A stretch of DNA of 64,000 nt, taken from NCBI GenBank assembly GCA_020348985.1, contig CP070761.1, positions 1,075,713 through 1,139,712 of the forward strand, given 5' to 3'. The notes below the pieces were generated by a model. It was not told the origin of the DNA. It ran no database searches and worked only from the letters and a program-made list of their open reading frames with translations. Shown piece after piece: positions 1-8,844 of this stretch. The stretch's first letter is position 1. The number at the start of each line of letters is the position of its first letter. The stretch is from Candidatus Thorarchaeota archaeon (GTDB lineage: Archaea > Asgardarchaeota > Thorarchaeia > Thorarchaeales > Thorarchaeaceae). The position numbers and the translations under genes were made by a program.

Positions 1-462
1 GCGCACTTCTCCTTCCCCGCCGATTGCTACGAGCCCGCCAGGCTTAACCATCCTAGCAGCTTCTTGCAGAAGGCGCTCTAGTTCTTTTGGTTGAAGTTCG
101 CTAATCAAGAGCGTGCTGACGACTATATCAAACGTGTGGGCTTCTATGTCAAGACTTAGAGCACTCCCAAGAAAGAATCTCAGCCGTCTCTTCAGGTTGT
201 ATCTTCTGCATCGCTCTTGGGCGAGCTTGAGCATTCGAGGATTTAGATCGACTCCAACACCAGTCGCACCTCTGCGCCCTGCCTCTACAAGCAACTGACC
301 AGTTCCGCAACCAAGATCAAGGACTCGACCTCGTCTAGGTACGACGCTGTCCAGCAGGTAGTTTCTCATGGCCGAGGCTTGGCCTAGTGTGAGTAGTCCA
401 ATCCAGCGGTCATACTGGTTGGCCGCTCGTTCTTCAGTTAGCCTCATCAGAATAGTCGCCAT
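1..462 (-). CDS. Class I SAM-dependent methyltransferase, resembling corrinoid-protein-associated CpaM-type enzymes; runs off the left edge
   Basis: Not in ORF track. Manual translation from ATG at 462: MATILMRLTEERAANQYDRWIGLLTLG...RVLDLGCGTG...GVDLNPRML...FDIVVS...RMVKPGG; SAM-binding motif I and KPGG motif. Confidence 0.85.
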   Translation of the reverse strand, partial: MATILMRLTEERAANQYDRWIGLLTLGQASAMRNYLLDSVVPRRGRVLDLGCGTGQLLVEAGRRGATGVGVDLNPRMLKLAQERCRRYNLKRRLRFFLGSALSLDIEAHTFDIVVSTLLISELQPKELERLLQEAARMVKPGGLVAIGGEGEVR

Positions 463-653
463 GACCACGCGCCTGATGTGATATGTGCGTGCGTGTATTT
501 CAGGATGCTGCCCAGCGTAGTGTGGTTCCTTCTCGAATCGAAGGCATAACCTGAGATTTCAAGTCAACACTCATCATCTTTCAAGGGATGCGGCGATTTT
601 TCGCCGTTCAAAGGCGCCAAACCATTCTCTGACCGAGTGGACCACCCTAGGAC

Positions 654-660
654 TTTATAT
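654..660 (+). promoter_or_regulatory. TATA box upstream of small ORF 684-812
   Basis: TTTATAT about 24 nt upstream of ATG 684, spacing typical of leaderless archaeal transcripts. Confidence 0.5.
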
Positions 661-683
661 TATCCAGATAATGTCTCAGTGAT

Positions 684-812
684 ATGAAGGGCGCGCGACA
701 TCATACACGTGTTTACCTTACGAGAATCAGACCGCGTGTGGAGTACGAAGCGCCCGTAGAGGATCTCTCCAAGATCGAAGTTCGTTTTGAGCCGAAAGTT
801 GCGGCGAAGTGA
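684..812 (+). CDS. Putative 42-aa small protein
   Basis: MKGARHHTRVYLTRIRPRVEYEAPVEDLSKIEVRFEPKVAAK, ATG...TGA, TATA box at leaderless spacing; below ORF-track size cut-off. Confidence 0.45.
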   Translation: MKGARHHTRVYLTRIRPRVEYEAPVEDLSKIEVRFEPKVAAK

Positions 813-920
813 GGGTTTCTGCTACTCCTTTAGACGCCACTATGAGTGCTCAGTCATTGATTCCAAACGGGCCCAATGCTTAAACAGGATAATACCATGT
901 CAGATTGGGCGTGGTAGGTG

Positions 921-1382
921 ATGCAGCAGATTGACTTTGCTTCCATATCCATCATAATCGCTTCGACATGTGTTGTTGTTGGAGTTATTCTTGCGATACT
1001 TCAGCTTAGAGACCAGGTCAAGAACCGGCAAGCACAGCTTGTCGTCCAACTCTAAGCCCAGTTCAGCGATCCAGAGTTCCTGAAGAATCTCGCATACGTG
1101 GTTGATTTGCCCACGCAGGACGCATCAGACGACCGGCTTGTGCGTCTGACCACGAGAAATGAAACGGTTGTCTCAGTTATGGCCTTCTTTGAGGGCGTTG
1201 GAGTTCTTGTGAATAGGGGCTTGATTGATATCAACCTGGTGGGAGACATGCTTTCCACTCCAATCATACTAGCTTGGCAAGCCGTTGAACCGCACATCAT
1301 GGCTCGAAGGAAAGCGGTACAGCGGGACCAGATTTGGGACTGGTTTGAGTATCTGTACAATAGAATCCAGAGCCTGCCCTAA
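921..1382 (+). pseudogene. DUF4760-like membrane-anchored protein interrupted by an in-frame TAA at 1053-1055 (pseudogene or assembly error)
   Basis: ATG 921 after AGGTG; MQQIDFASISIIIASTCVVVGVILAILQLRDQVKNRQAQLVVQL*AQFSDPEF continues in frame into ORF 1098-1382 (FFEGVGVLVNRGLID...WFEYLY). Confidence 0.7.
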
Positions 1383-1448
1383 AAAGCTGCACCGGAACCG
1401 CTCAAATGGTAGCCTACATAACGGCTTGGCGACGAGACTCAGGATAGA

Positions 1449-2393
1449 CTACTCGGTAGGAACAGCATCCTCTGCTTTCTGCACTTCAATGCCAAGTCGT
1501 TCCCAATTGGGTTCGTTCTTTCTCATCTGGTATTGAAGATGGGTCGTTAGGCCAAACTCCTCCGGTTCGTGACCGAAAGCCAGAGCCAGCAACTCAACGA
1601 CGTGCAGTATGTCGTAGTGATACTCCGTTTCGAAATGCTTCTGAATCTCCACCTGTCCAAGGTCTAGTTGCAGCTCGCAGAATGGACATGGTGTGACGAT
1701 TATGTCTGCGCCACCCACCGACTCCAGGCTGTCAAACTTCTGCTTCGTGAAGTCAAGTGCTGTCTTTACGTCGGCAGTTCTTACTGCACCCCCGGCACCA
1801 CAGCATATCAGTTCGTCCTTGTACGGAACATATTCTGCGCCTGTTGTCTCACAGATATCACGGAGTATGTGCGGTCTCTCTGATTCGTCCTTCTTCTTGA
1901 TATGCTTCGGACGCATCCAGTGGCAGCCCGGATGAATCGCCATCCTAACGCCAGTCAAAGGTCTGGTGACCTTCTCGCGAATCTTATCCAGTCCTATTCG
2001 ATGAAGTGCATCAACGTGGTGTGTGACCTCGATTGTGCCCTTATACTCTCTCCCAACTTCAGCAAGAGCTTCGTTCACTGCTGCCTTAAGCTCTGGATCG
2101 TGCTTCATCTCATGGTCGGCATCAAACATGCTGGCGAAGCATCCGTTGCATCCAGTGGTAATGTCATGACCTCCAACCTCTGCAATTGTCAGATTCCGTG
2201 CTGCAATGGCCGCCCAAGTTACACGGTCGAACGAACCGAAGACTCCGGGAGCAGGACAGCAACTGGCACCCTCCATATCAAGAAGCTCCATGCCCAGATC
2301 TTTGAAGACTAGTCGAGCGGCGCTCTCTATGCTAGGATATCTATGCGGAATAATGCACCCAAGGAAATGGTAGTACTTCTGCTTCTTTGCCAT
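1449..2393 (-). CDS. hdrB: Heterodisulfide reductase subunit B (copy 1)
   Basis: FLGC..P.RYP, SCCPAPG, GCNGC, HPGCH, CCGAGG, CPFCELQLD: two CCG domains. Confidence 0.95.
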   Translation of the reverse strand: MAKKQKYYHFLGCIIPHRYPSIESAARLVFKDLGMELLDMEGASCCPAPGVFGSFDRVTWAAIAARNLTIAEVGGHDITTGCNGCFASMFDADHEMKHDPELKAAVNEALAEVGREYKGTIEVTHHVDALHRIGLDKIREKVTRPLTGVRMAIHPGCHWMRPKHIKKKDESERPHILRDICETTGAEYVPYKDELICCGAGGAVRTADVKTALDFTKQKFDSLESVGGADIIVTPCPFCELQLDLGQVEIQKHFETEYHYDILHVVELLALAFGHEPEEFGLTTHLQYQMRKNEPNWERLGIEVQKAEDAVPTE

Positions 2394-2942
2394 CTACTCA
2401 CTCGCCTCCTTTTCTGCAACCAGCTTGTCAAAGCCGGTCTTCTTGGCAATCTTCACGATTTCTTCGATGGCATCTGGAAATCTGCTTGCATTAGGCGGAA
2501 CTGGCTCGATATTCACCTTTTCACGAAGCTTCTCCCATGACTCTTTGTCAAGAGGAACTGCATGACCAGCTTCGAGGACTTTCAGGGCCACTTTCTGATG
2601 GGGTTCAAGCATGTAGCCTTCAGCAACGGCCACATTCCGTATCGCCTTGATCACATCAGTCGGCTTGACATCCTGCGGACATCTGTCAGTGCATGTGTAA
2701 CATGTTGTACAGTACCATAGTTCGGGACCCGAAATACAGTCTTCCTTCAGACCAAGTAACGCCTTTCGGATGATTCCTCTGACGAGATAGTTCGTGCGGG
2801 CTCCTGCAGGACAGCTTCCGCTGCAAGTGCCGCATTGATAGCACGATCGGATGTTAGGGCCTCCAGTCTTGATAATCATTTCAACGAAGTCTGTGTCAAC
2901 GTCGTCAATATCTATGGGAGCCTTCTCTTCCGCACTGGTCAA
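2394..2942 (-). CDS. hdrC: Heterodisulfide reductase subunit C (copy 1)
   Basis: CYQCGTCSGSCP and WYCTTCYTCTDRCP 4Fe-4S motifs; GHAVP; directly upstream of hdrB. Confidence 0.95.
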   Translation of the reverse strand: MTSAEEKAPIDIDDVDTDFVEMIIKTGGPNIRSCYQCGTCSGSCPAGARTNYLVRGIIRKALLGLKEDCISGPELWYCTTCYTCTDRCPQDVKPTDVIKAIRNVAVAEGYMLEPHQKVALKVLEAGHAVPLDKESWEKLREKVNIEPVPPNASRFPDAIEEIVKIAKKTGFDKLVAEKEASE

Positions 2943-3050
2943 GATGTCACACCGACCTCGGCGCGATGTAGAAACTCACCTTAAATCCATTGTCAATTGT
3001 CCATAAACTGAGCCAAACATTATTCGGCATGTGTGTTACCAGTTTGAGCG

Positions 3051-4130
3051 ATGCTGTGTCCAAACCATGACGAACAGAAGAGGCTAGCCAGCCAGTCCAT
3101 AGGTTACTGTGGTTCTTGCATTTCTGGTGACCAGGCGCTACTAGAGATGTCAAGAATCTCTCATAGACGGCTGCGCTCTCGAGACAAACTTGTTCTAACA
3201 GTTCCGAAAGAAGGTGCAGTGGTCTGTCCAGAATGTGGGAATCATTGCAGACTGGATGATGGTGAGAAAGGTCTCTGCAATCTTCGAGAGGCTCAAGAGG
3301 GGAAAATCGTCGAGAGGTTCCCTGGACAAGCAATAGTATCGTGGTATTTCGATCCATTGCCAACCAACTGCGTGGCTGATTGGGTATGCCCTTGTACAGA
3401 GGATGTTGCTGTTCACGGACACTATAGTCTGAACAATCTTGCAGTGTTCTATGGTTCATGTAGTTCAGACTGTCTGTTTTGCCAAAACTCGAGCTATCGT
3501 GGCATGATGAGTAAGGGAGCACCACTCATGACTCCGAGCGAGCTGGCTTCTGCAGCCAACGACAAGACCGCATGTGTTTGCTACTTCGGAGGAGACCCAT
3601 CTTGTAACCCTCAGCACTCGGTCAAAACATCGCGACTCCTAATGGAAGAACGTGTAATCAAAGTATGTTACGAAACTTGGGGGATAATCTCTAGCAAATG
3701 GTTGACAAAAATAGCAGACGTTGCTGAAGAAAGCAAGGGAACTATCAAGATTGACCTTAAGGCGCTCAATCCACTCCTCTATGAAGCAATGACAGGTGTC
3801 TCTAATGAGACAGTATTGAAGAACTTCAGAGAGTTGGCACGTCGAGGTCTAAAGATCGACAGGCCGTTCCTAGTTGCCAGTATTCTTCTTGTACCGGGGT
3901 ATGTTGGTGTTTCCGAAGTCAGGAGCCTGAGCGAGTTCATTGCTGACTGTGACCCTACAATACCGACAGCTCTTCTCGGTTTTGCACCACACCACGGCAT
4001 GTCTGATCTTCCCAGAACAAGTCGGAATCACGCGGCAGAGGCTCAAGCGGTCGCTGTCGTATCAGGGCTAACGAATGTACGAATTGGAAATCTCGGTTTG
4101 CTTTCTGGAGCGGAGTATGACACCGATTAG
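3051..4130 (+). CDS. Radical SAM enzyme (AmmeMemoRadiSam / PFL-activase-like) with N-terminal Cys-rich region
   Basis: CSSDCLFCQN radical SAM motif, FGGDP, CPECGNHC...GLC N-terminal zinc-like motif. Confidence 0.88.
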   Translation: MLCPNHDEQKRLASQSIGYCGSCISGDQALLEMSRISHRRLRSRDKLVLTVPKEGAVVCPECGNHCRLDDGEKGLCNLREAQEGKIVERFPGQAIVSWYFDPLPTNCVADWVCPCTEDVAVHGHYSLNNLAVFYGSCSSDCLFCQNSSYRGMMSKGAPLMTPSELASAANDKTACVCYFGGDPSCNPQHSVKTSRLLMEERVIKVCYETWGIISSKWLTKIADVAEESKGTIKIDLKALNPLLYEAMTGVSNETVLKNFRELARRGLKIDRPFLVASILLVPGYVGVSEVRSLSEFIADCDPTIPTALLGFAPHHGMSDLPRTSRNHAAEAQAVAVVSGLTNVRIGNLGLLSGAEYDTD

Positions 4131-4207
4131 ATTCGAATCTTTATCCTTCCACAACACCAGTCTTATAACACTAGAATCTACGCCGGACGATATTCAGAGG
4201 TCTGTGA

Positions 4208-4753
4208 ATGTCTGAACCTGAATCTCCTGAATTGATCGACTCACGGGATATCGACCCTGAGTTCATCAACCAGATTATTGAAGCAGGAGCAGACAGAATC
4301 AGATCATGTATTCAATGTGGAACTTGTACCGCGGTATGTCCAAGCGGGAGAAGAACTGCTTTCAGAACACGACAGCTGATTCGCAAGGCTATACTCGGTC
4401 TGAAAGATGAAGTGGTTTCAAATTCCGATCTTTGGTTGTGCACTACTTGCTATACCTGCCTTGAGAGATGTCCTCGAGAAATCAAAATCACTGATGCGAT
4501 ACTAACAATGCGGAATATCGCAGTCAGGGAAGGCTACATGCTTCCACCTCACAAGAACATCTCAAAGAAGCTCATCAAGACAGGCCACGCGGTTCCCTTG
4601 GACAAGGCTAACCAGGTAAAGAGAAAGAAGCTCGGGTTGGAGGAGATTCCGCCAACTGTTCATGCACATGAGGCTGCACTCAAAGACGTCGTCAACATCA
4701 TTGAATCTACAGGTTTCAGAGACCTGATAGAGAGCAAGGGAAAGGAGGGCTGA
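4208..4753 (+). CDS. hdrC: Heterodisulfide reductase subunit C (copy 2)
   Basis: CIQCGTCTAVCP and WLCTTCYTCLERCP; TGHAVP. Confidence 0.95.
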   Translation: MSEPESPELIDSRDIDPEFINQIIEAGADRIRSCIQCGTCTAVCPSGRRTAFRTRQLIRKAILGLKDEVVSNSDLWLCTTCYTCLERCPREIKITDAILTMRNIAVREGYMLPPHKNISKKLIKTGHAVPLDKANQVKRKKLGLEEIPPTVHAHEAALKDVVNIIESTGFRDLIESKGKEG

Positions 4754-4758
4754 GTGAT

Positions 4759-5661
4759 TTGACTGAGACTCAGACCTATTCCTTCTTCTTGGGCTGTGTC
4801 ATGCCAAACCGGTTCCCAAGCCTAGAGAAGTCAATCCGTGTTGTGTTACCTAAACTAGGCATCCATTTGGAGGACTTGGAAGGGGCGAGCTGCTGTCCCG
4901 CTCCGGGCGTGTTTCGTTCTTTTGACGAGAATACATGGCTGGCACTTGCGTCTAGAAACCTCGCCCTTGCTGAGGCGACAGGGAACAACCTCGTTACTGG
5001 CTGTAATGGATGCTATGGCACATTCAAAGAGGCCCTTCACGATGTGCGTGAAGATCCAGGTAGACTCAGGAATGTGCGGAAGATTCTGAAAGGTATCGGA
5101 ATAAACTATCAGGCAAAAATCGAAGCAAAGCATGTAATAGAACTGTTGAATGAACTCGGATCGGAAGGGCTGAAGCCTCATGTTTCACGTCCACTTGACA
5201 ACATCAGGGTTGGAGTTCACTACGGCTGCCATCTTCTCAAGCCCAGCAAACAGCGGCCTTGGCCAAAGACACAGAAGCCCACATTCCTTGACGAGCTGGT
5301 TGAAGCAACAGGTGCCACGAGCGCCAAATACAAGAACAAGAATCTGTGCTGCGGCGCTGGCGGCGGAATCAGAGGAAGCAATGTACCCCTAGCCGATGAT
5401 ATTGCCAAGGAGAAACTAGGCAATTTGCTGGCAGTAGGAGTTGATGCCATTATCAACGTTTGCTCATTTTGCCATCTTCAGTACGAACAGGCGCAAATAG
5501 AGTTGAACAAAGAACTTGGTGAGGAGCGATACAATATTCCTGTGCTTTACTACACACAGCTCCTAGGTCTTGCAATGGGAATAGACCCGGTTGAGCTAGG
5601 TCTGAATATGCATCTCGTAGACACTTCTCACTTGCTGGAGAAAGTCGAAGTTCAGTCATAG
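4759..5661 (+). CDS. hdrB: Heterodisulfide reductase subunit B (copy 2)
   Basis: FLGCVMPNRFP, CCPAPG, GCNGC, HYGCH, CCGAGGG, CSFCHLQ; TTG start after GGAGG/GAGTGA. Confidence 0.95.
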   Translation: MTETQTYSFFLGCVMPNRFPSLEKSIRVVLPKLGIHLEDLEGASCCPAPGVFRSFDENTWLALASRNLALAEATGNNLVTGCNGCYGTFKEALHDVREDPGRLRNVRKILKGIGINYQAKIEAKHVIELLNELGSEGLKPHVSRPLDNIRVGVHYGCHLLKPSKQRPWPKTQKPTFLDELVEATGATSAKYKNKNLCCGAGGGIRGSNVPLADDIAKEKLGNLLAVGVDAIINVCSFCHLQYEQAQIELNKELGEERYNIPVLYYTQLLGLAMGIDPVELGLNMHLVDTSHLLEKVEVQS

Positions 5662-6620
5662 ATTCTCGTCTTCGCGACGTAGTACACTGCCAATGCAAGA
5701 AACGCACTGCCTATAATTGATGCACTTACAAAACCAGCCATTGTATAGTCTACGGGTGCTGGTGTAGTAGGTGAGGCTGTAGTTGTGGACGTGGTGGTTG
5801 GAGGAGGCGTTGTAGTTGTGGGCACAACATCTCCTGCTGTGAACGGCCCATCAGACTGATCCGAGGTCGTGTAGATTCCGTCGGTTACACGTACCTCAAT
5901 GACGTAGCTAGACAACAGAAGGAACCCACTGCTGTTCCACTCATATCGAGTTTCAGTTAGGCCTGTTGTCAGAAGCTGGAATGTCGATCCTCCATCAGAT
6001 GATAATCGAACTTCGAATTCTAAGACTTCCTCAGTGTTATTATCATAGGCAGTCCAAGTGACATTCCAGGGTTTCGTTATGTTCTCTCCACCGTTTGGAG
6101 ACACCACCTCAATCTTCGGCACGAAAAAGTTGCCAATAAAGACGTTCGTGACGTTACGGCTAATTTCCACACCAGTTGTTAGCCAGGCTGTCACATTGAT
6201 TGTGCAGGTAGCGTTGTTTCCAAGCCTTCTTGTGTCAATCTCTACGGAAGTGTGATTGACATCAGAGACAATTAATATGGGAATGGCAGTTGCATTTACT
6301 TCGAGTCTAGTCCTATTGATATCCGAATTGGGCGTGAAAGTCGCATTCAGGATTATATGGTCTCCAGCAATGCGATCACCAGACATTATGGGCGTCTTCG
6401 TATCATTCCAGTGGGAGTAGAATGTGAGGTTCAGCACGGGTTCATCCATGGAAATCAACTTGACTTTGCAGGTCGATGTCGGATCATAATCGGCCGGCTG
6501 ATTGCCAAGAAACAATGGGAATAGATTGAGGAACAAGAATACTGCTAGAAAACAAGCTGAGTAGAGCCTTCGTGTTACGGTCAATGGGCGAATGGCATGA
6601 ACTGTCACGTTGGATTCCAT
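5652..6620 (-). CDS. Cell-surface glycoprotein with Ig-like/PNGGE beta-sandwich, Thr/Pro linker and C-terminal TM anchor (start uncertain)
   Basis: Signal-like hydrophobic N-terminus, VVSPNGGE motif, many N-x-S/T sequons, PTTTTPPPTTTSTTT linker, TM helix then KTR. Confidence 0.8.
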   Translation of the reverse strand: MESNVTVHAIRPLTVTRRLYSACFLAVFLFLNLFPLFLGNQPADYDPTSTCKVKLISMDEPVLNLTFYSHWNDTKTPIMSGDRIAGDHIILNATFTPNSDINRTRLEVNATAIPILIVSDVNHTSVEIDTRRLGNNATCTINVTAWLTTGVEISRNVTNVFIGNFFVPKIEVVSPNGGENITKPWNVTWTAYDNNTEEVLEFEVRLSSDGGSTFQLLTTGLTETRYEWNSSGFLLLSSYVIEVRVTDGIYTTSDQSDGPFTAGDVVPTTTTPPPTTTSTTTASPTTPAPVDYTMAGFVSASIIGSAFLALAVYYVAKTRIYD

Positions 6621-6673
6621 CGTACATGACTTGATTTGTAAGGATAAAGTTCTACTTTTAGTACTCATAGAAC

Positions 6674-7144
6674 CTAATCTCCTTCCGGAAACGGCTGTTC
6701 CCTCCAAATTCTCAATGCCTCCAACCAGAGAAGTATGCAAACAGATCCAAGCATACCAAGGAGTACCAGGGAGTACCAGTCTCCAAACTGCAAGAAGACT
6801 GTGGCCAGAGCTGCAGTTAGTGAGGTGTAGAATGTGGCGTAGAAGAGATACCTTGGCACCATCAGTCTTCCTCGACCAATGAATTGGTCCAACAGACCGA
6901 ACCTAACATCACGCTTGATCGTGTACTGGCCGTGAACATCCTTGTTCACAAGGCCGAATTGCTTCAATCGTTCAAGATGATGCATCGAGAGGGATGGACT
7001 AGAGAGGTGTGCTCCTCTTTGAATCTCTCTTGCTGTCATTGGCACCGGATGTCGCAACATGTACCAGTAAACGCGTAGTGTCTTGCCCTTGAGATCCTTT
7101 GCCAGTTCCTCAACTGGTATCTCCTCCTCGGACAAGAGCCACAT
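6674..7144 (-). CDS. Membrane-tethered winged-helix transcriptional regulator
   Basis: LKGKTLRVYWYML...AREIQRGAHLSSPSLSMHHLERL wHTH followed by two hydrophobic helices. Confidence 0.8.
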   Translation of the reverse strand: MWLLSEEEIPVEELAKDLKGKTLRVYWYMLRHPVPMTAREIQRGAHLSSPSLSMHHLERLKQFGLVNKDVHGQYTIKRDVRFGLLDQFIGRGRLMVPRYLFYATFYTSLTAALATVFLQFGDWYSLVLLGMLGSVCILLWLEALRIWREQPFPEGD

Positions 7145-7362
7145 CTCCGATTGTGTAGGAGGTGCTAGGAACGGACTTGCTCTTAACTATGACCATTTCC
7201 TACATCGAATTTGGTCCGAAAACGAGTCCCGCAAGGGAAGGCTAAAATAGCTCATCATTTCGCCACAGGTCAGCCAGACCAGGTTATGTCTCAGTAATCA
7301 CGACTGGGGAAATCTTAGGCCGTGGGAATCAATTGTCGTTGAGATCTATGGAGAACTCGCAA

Positions 7363-7707
7363 ATGTCGAAAGTCCGAAAGCCCATTACGCCAAAACCCCC
7401 AAGGACTAGGGAGAAGGTTCTCGTCATTCTCAACGAGCAGTGCAAGCAGTGCGAGCTCTGTGTGGTCTTCTGTCCTAAGAATGTCCTCTGTATTAATGAG
7501 TCCATTTACAACAGGAAAGGATACCACCCTGTCACAACCTGTGACCTTGAGGCATGTGTGAACTGTGGGTTCTGTGAAAGAATCTGTCCTGACATGGCCA
7601 TATTCTTGGCTGACAGAAATGCCGCTAGAAAAGCGTATGAAGCAGGCGCATTTGAAGAGGGGACTGTAATCCCTGAATTCGATAAAGAAACCCAGGAGGA
7701 ACAGTGA
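7363..7707 (+). CDS. korD: 2-oxoacid:ferredoxin oxidoreductase delta subunit (2x4Fe-4S ferredoxin)
   Basis: CKQCELCVVFCP and CVNCGFCERICPDMAI; NRKGYHP; first gene of the operon. Confidence 0.88.
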   Translation: MSKVRKPITPKPPRTREKVLVILNEQCKQCELCVVFCPKNVLCINESIYNRKGYHPVTTCDLEACVNCGFCERICPDMAIFLADRNAARKAYEAGAFEEGTVIPEFDKETQEEQ

Positions 7708-8844
7708 ATGCCCGAGCGTGTCATGTTCACAATGGGTGACATTGCTAGCGCCGAGGGGGCACTTAGCGCAGGTTGCAAGTACTTTGGAGGCTATCCAATA
7801 ACTCCTGCTACCGAGATTGCGGAGTGGATGTCCTTGAGGATGCCTGAGCTCGGCGGCGCCTATGTTCAATATGAAGACGAAATTGCATCAATTACGAGCG
7901 TGATCGGTGCCTCATGGACTGGCGTGAAATCGATGACCGCAACATCTGGACCTGGCGTAAGTCTGATGCTGGAAGCAGTTGGACTTGCGGTCATGACCGA
8001 GACTCCATTGGTCTTGGTAAACATAATGCGAGGGGGACCAAGTACTGGCCAACCCACAAAGGGACAGCAAGGAGATGTTATGCAACCCAAGTGGGGCAGT
8101 CATGGCGACTACCAAATCATCGCTCTTACACCGGCGTCTGTACAGGAGATGTTTGATCAGACTGTTCAGGCATTCAACCTATCAGAGAGGTATAGGACTC
8201 CGGTTTTTGTCCTAGCAGACGAAACAGTGGGACACATGCGTGAACGCTTGGTTATTCCCGATGAGAAGGATTTGAAACTCGAGTATCGGAAGCTGCCCAC
8301 GGGCCCCCCCGAGGAGTATCTCCCGTTCAAAGCCGACGATGATTTGGTTCCACCCATGGCGTTGCTTGGCTCAAAGTACCATTTCTATGCAACCGGTCTA
8401 ACTCATGATGAGCGCGGTTATCCAAGTGACAAAGAAGACGTTCAGATTGAGCTCATTACTCGCCTCAACAACAAGATACTCCATAACGCAGACAAGATCA
8501 TCGACCTGGAGAGATTCATGCTTGACGATGCAAAGATTTGCGTCATCTCCTATGGCACACCCTCGCGAAGTGCCAAGAAAGCAATCAAGGATGCGCGCAG
8601 CGAGGGAATCAAGGTCGGTATGCTGAGGTTCAAAACAGTCTGGCCATTCCCTGAAGAGGCCGCTGCTCAGATTGCCGCAGAAGTGAAGCATATTATCGTC
8701 GCTGAACAGAATCTAGGACAGGTCTACTATATGGTCAAAGCAGCAAGTGGAAGTACACCGGTTCATCTGATGACCAAACCAGCCGGAATGCCACAACTCC
8801 CCAATGAGATCCTGGACAAGATTAAGGAGGTTGATTCGCTATAA
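7708..8844 (+). CDS. korA: 2-oxoacid:ferredoxin oxidoreductase alpha subunit
   Basis: GYPITPATEI, EDEIAS, TATSGPG, RGGPSTGQPT motifs. Confidence 0.93.
   Translation: MPERVMFTMGDIASAEGALSAGCKYFGGYPITPATEIAEWMSLRMPELGGAYVQYEDEIASITSVIGASWTGVKSMTATSGPGVSLMLEAVGLAVMTETPLVLVNIMRGGPSTGQPTKGQQGDVMQPKWGSHGDYQIIALTPASVQEMFDQTVQAFNLSERYRTPVFVLADETVGHMRERLVIPDEKDLKLEYRKLPTGPPEEYLPFKADDDLVPPMALLGSKYHFYATGLTHDERGYPSDKEDVQIELITRLNNKILHNADKIIDLERFMLDDAKICVISYGTPSRSAKKAIKDARSEGIKVGMLRFKTVWPFPEEAAAQIAAEVKHIIVAEQNLGQVYYMVKAASGSTPVHLMTKPAGMPQLPNEILDKIKEVDSL

Noticed and set aside
2391-2396. hdrC TAG directly followed in frame by hdrB ATG, suggesting pyrrolysine readthrough into an HdrCB fusion
   Set aside because: hdrB has its own ATG with a GGAGG-like RBS inside the end of hdrC; abutting stop-start is ordinary translational coupling and the second hdrCB pair is out of frame
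7705-7710. korD TGA directly followed in frame by korA ATG, suggesting selenocysteine readthrough
   Set aside because: Position is not a catalytic Cys equivalent, AGGAGG precedes the korA ATG and no SECIS-like element was recognised
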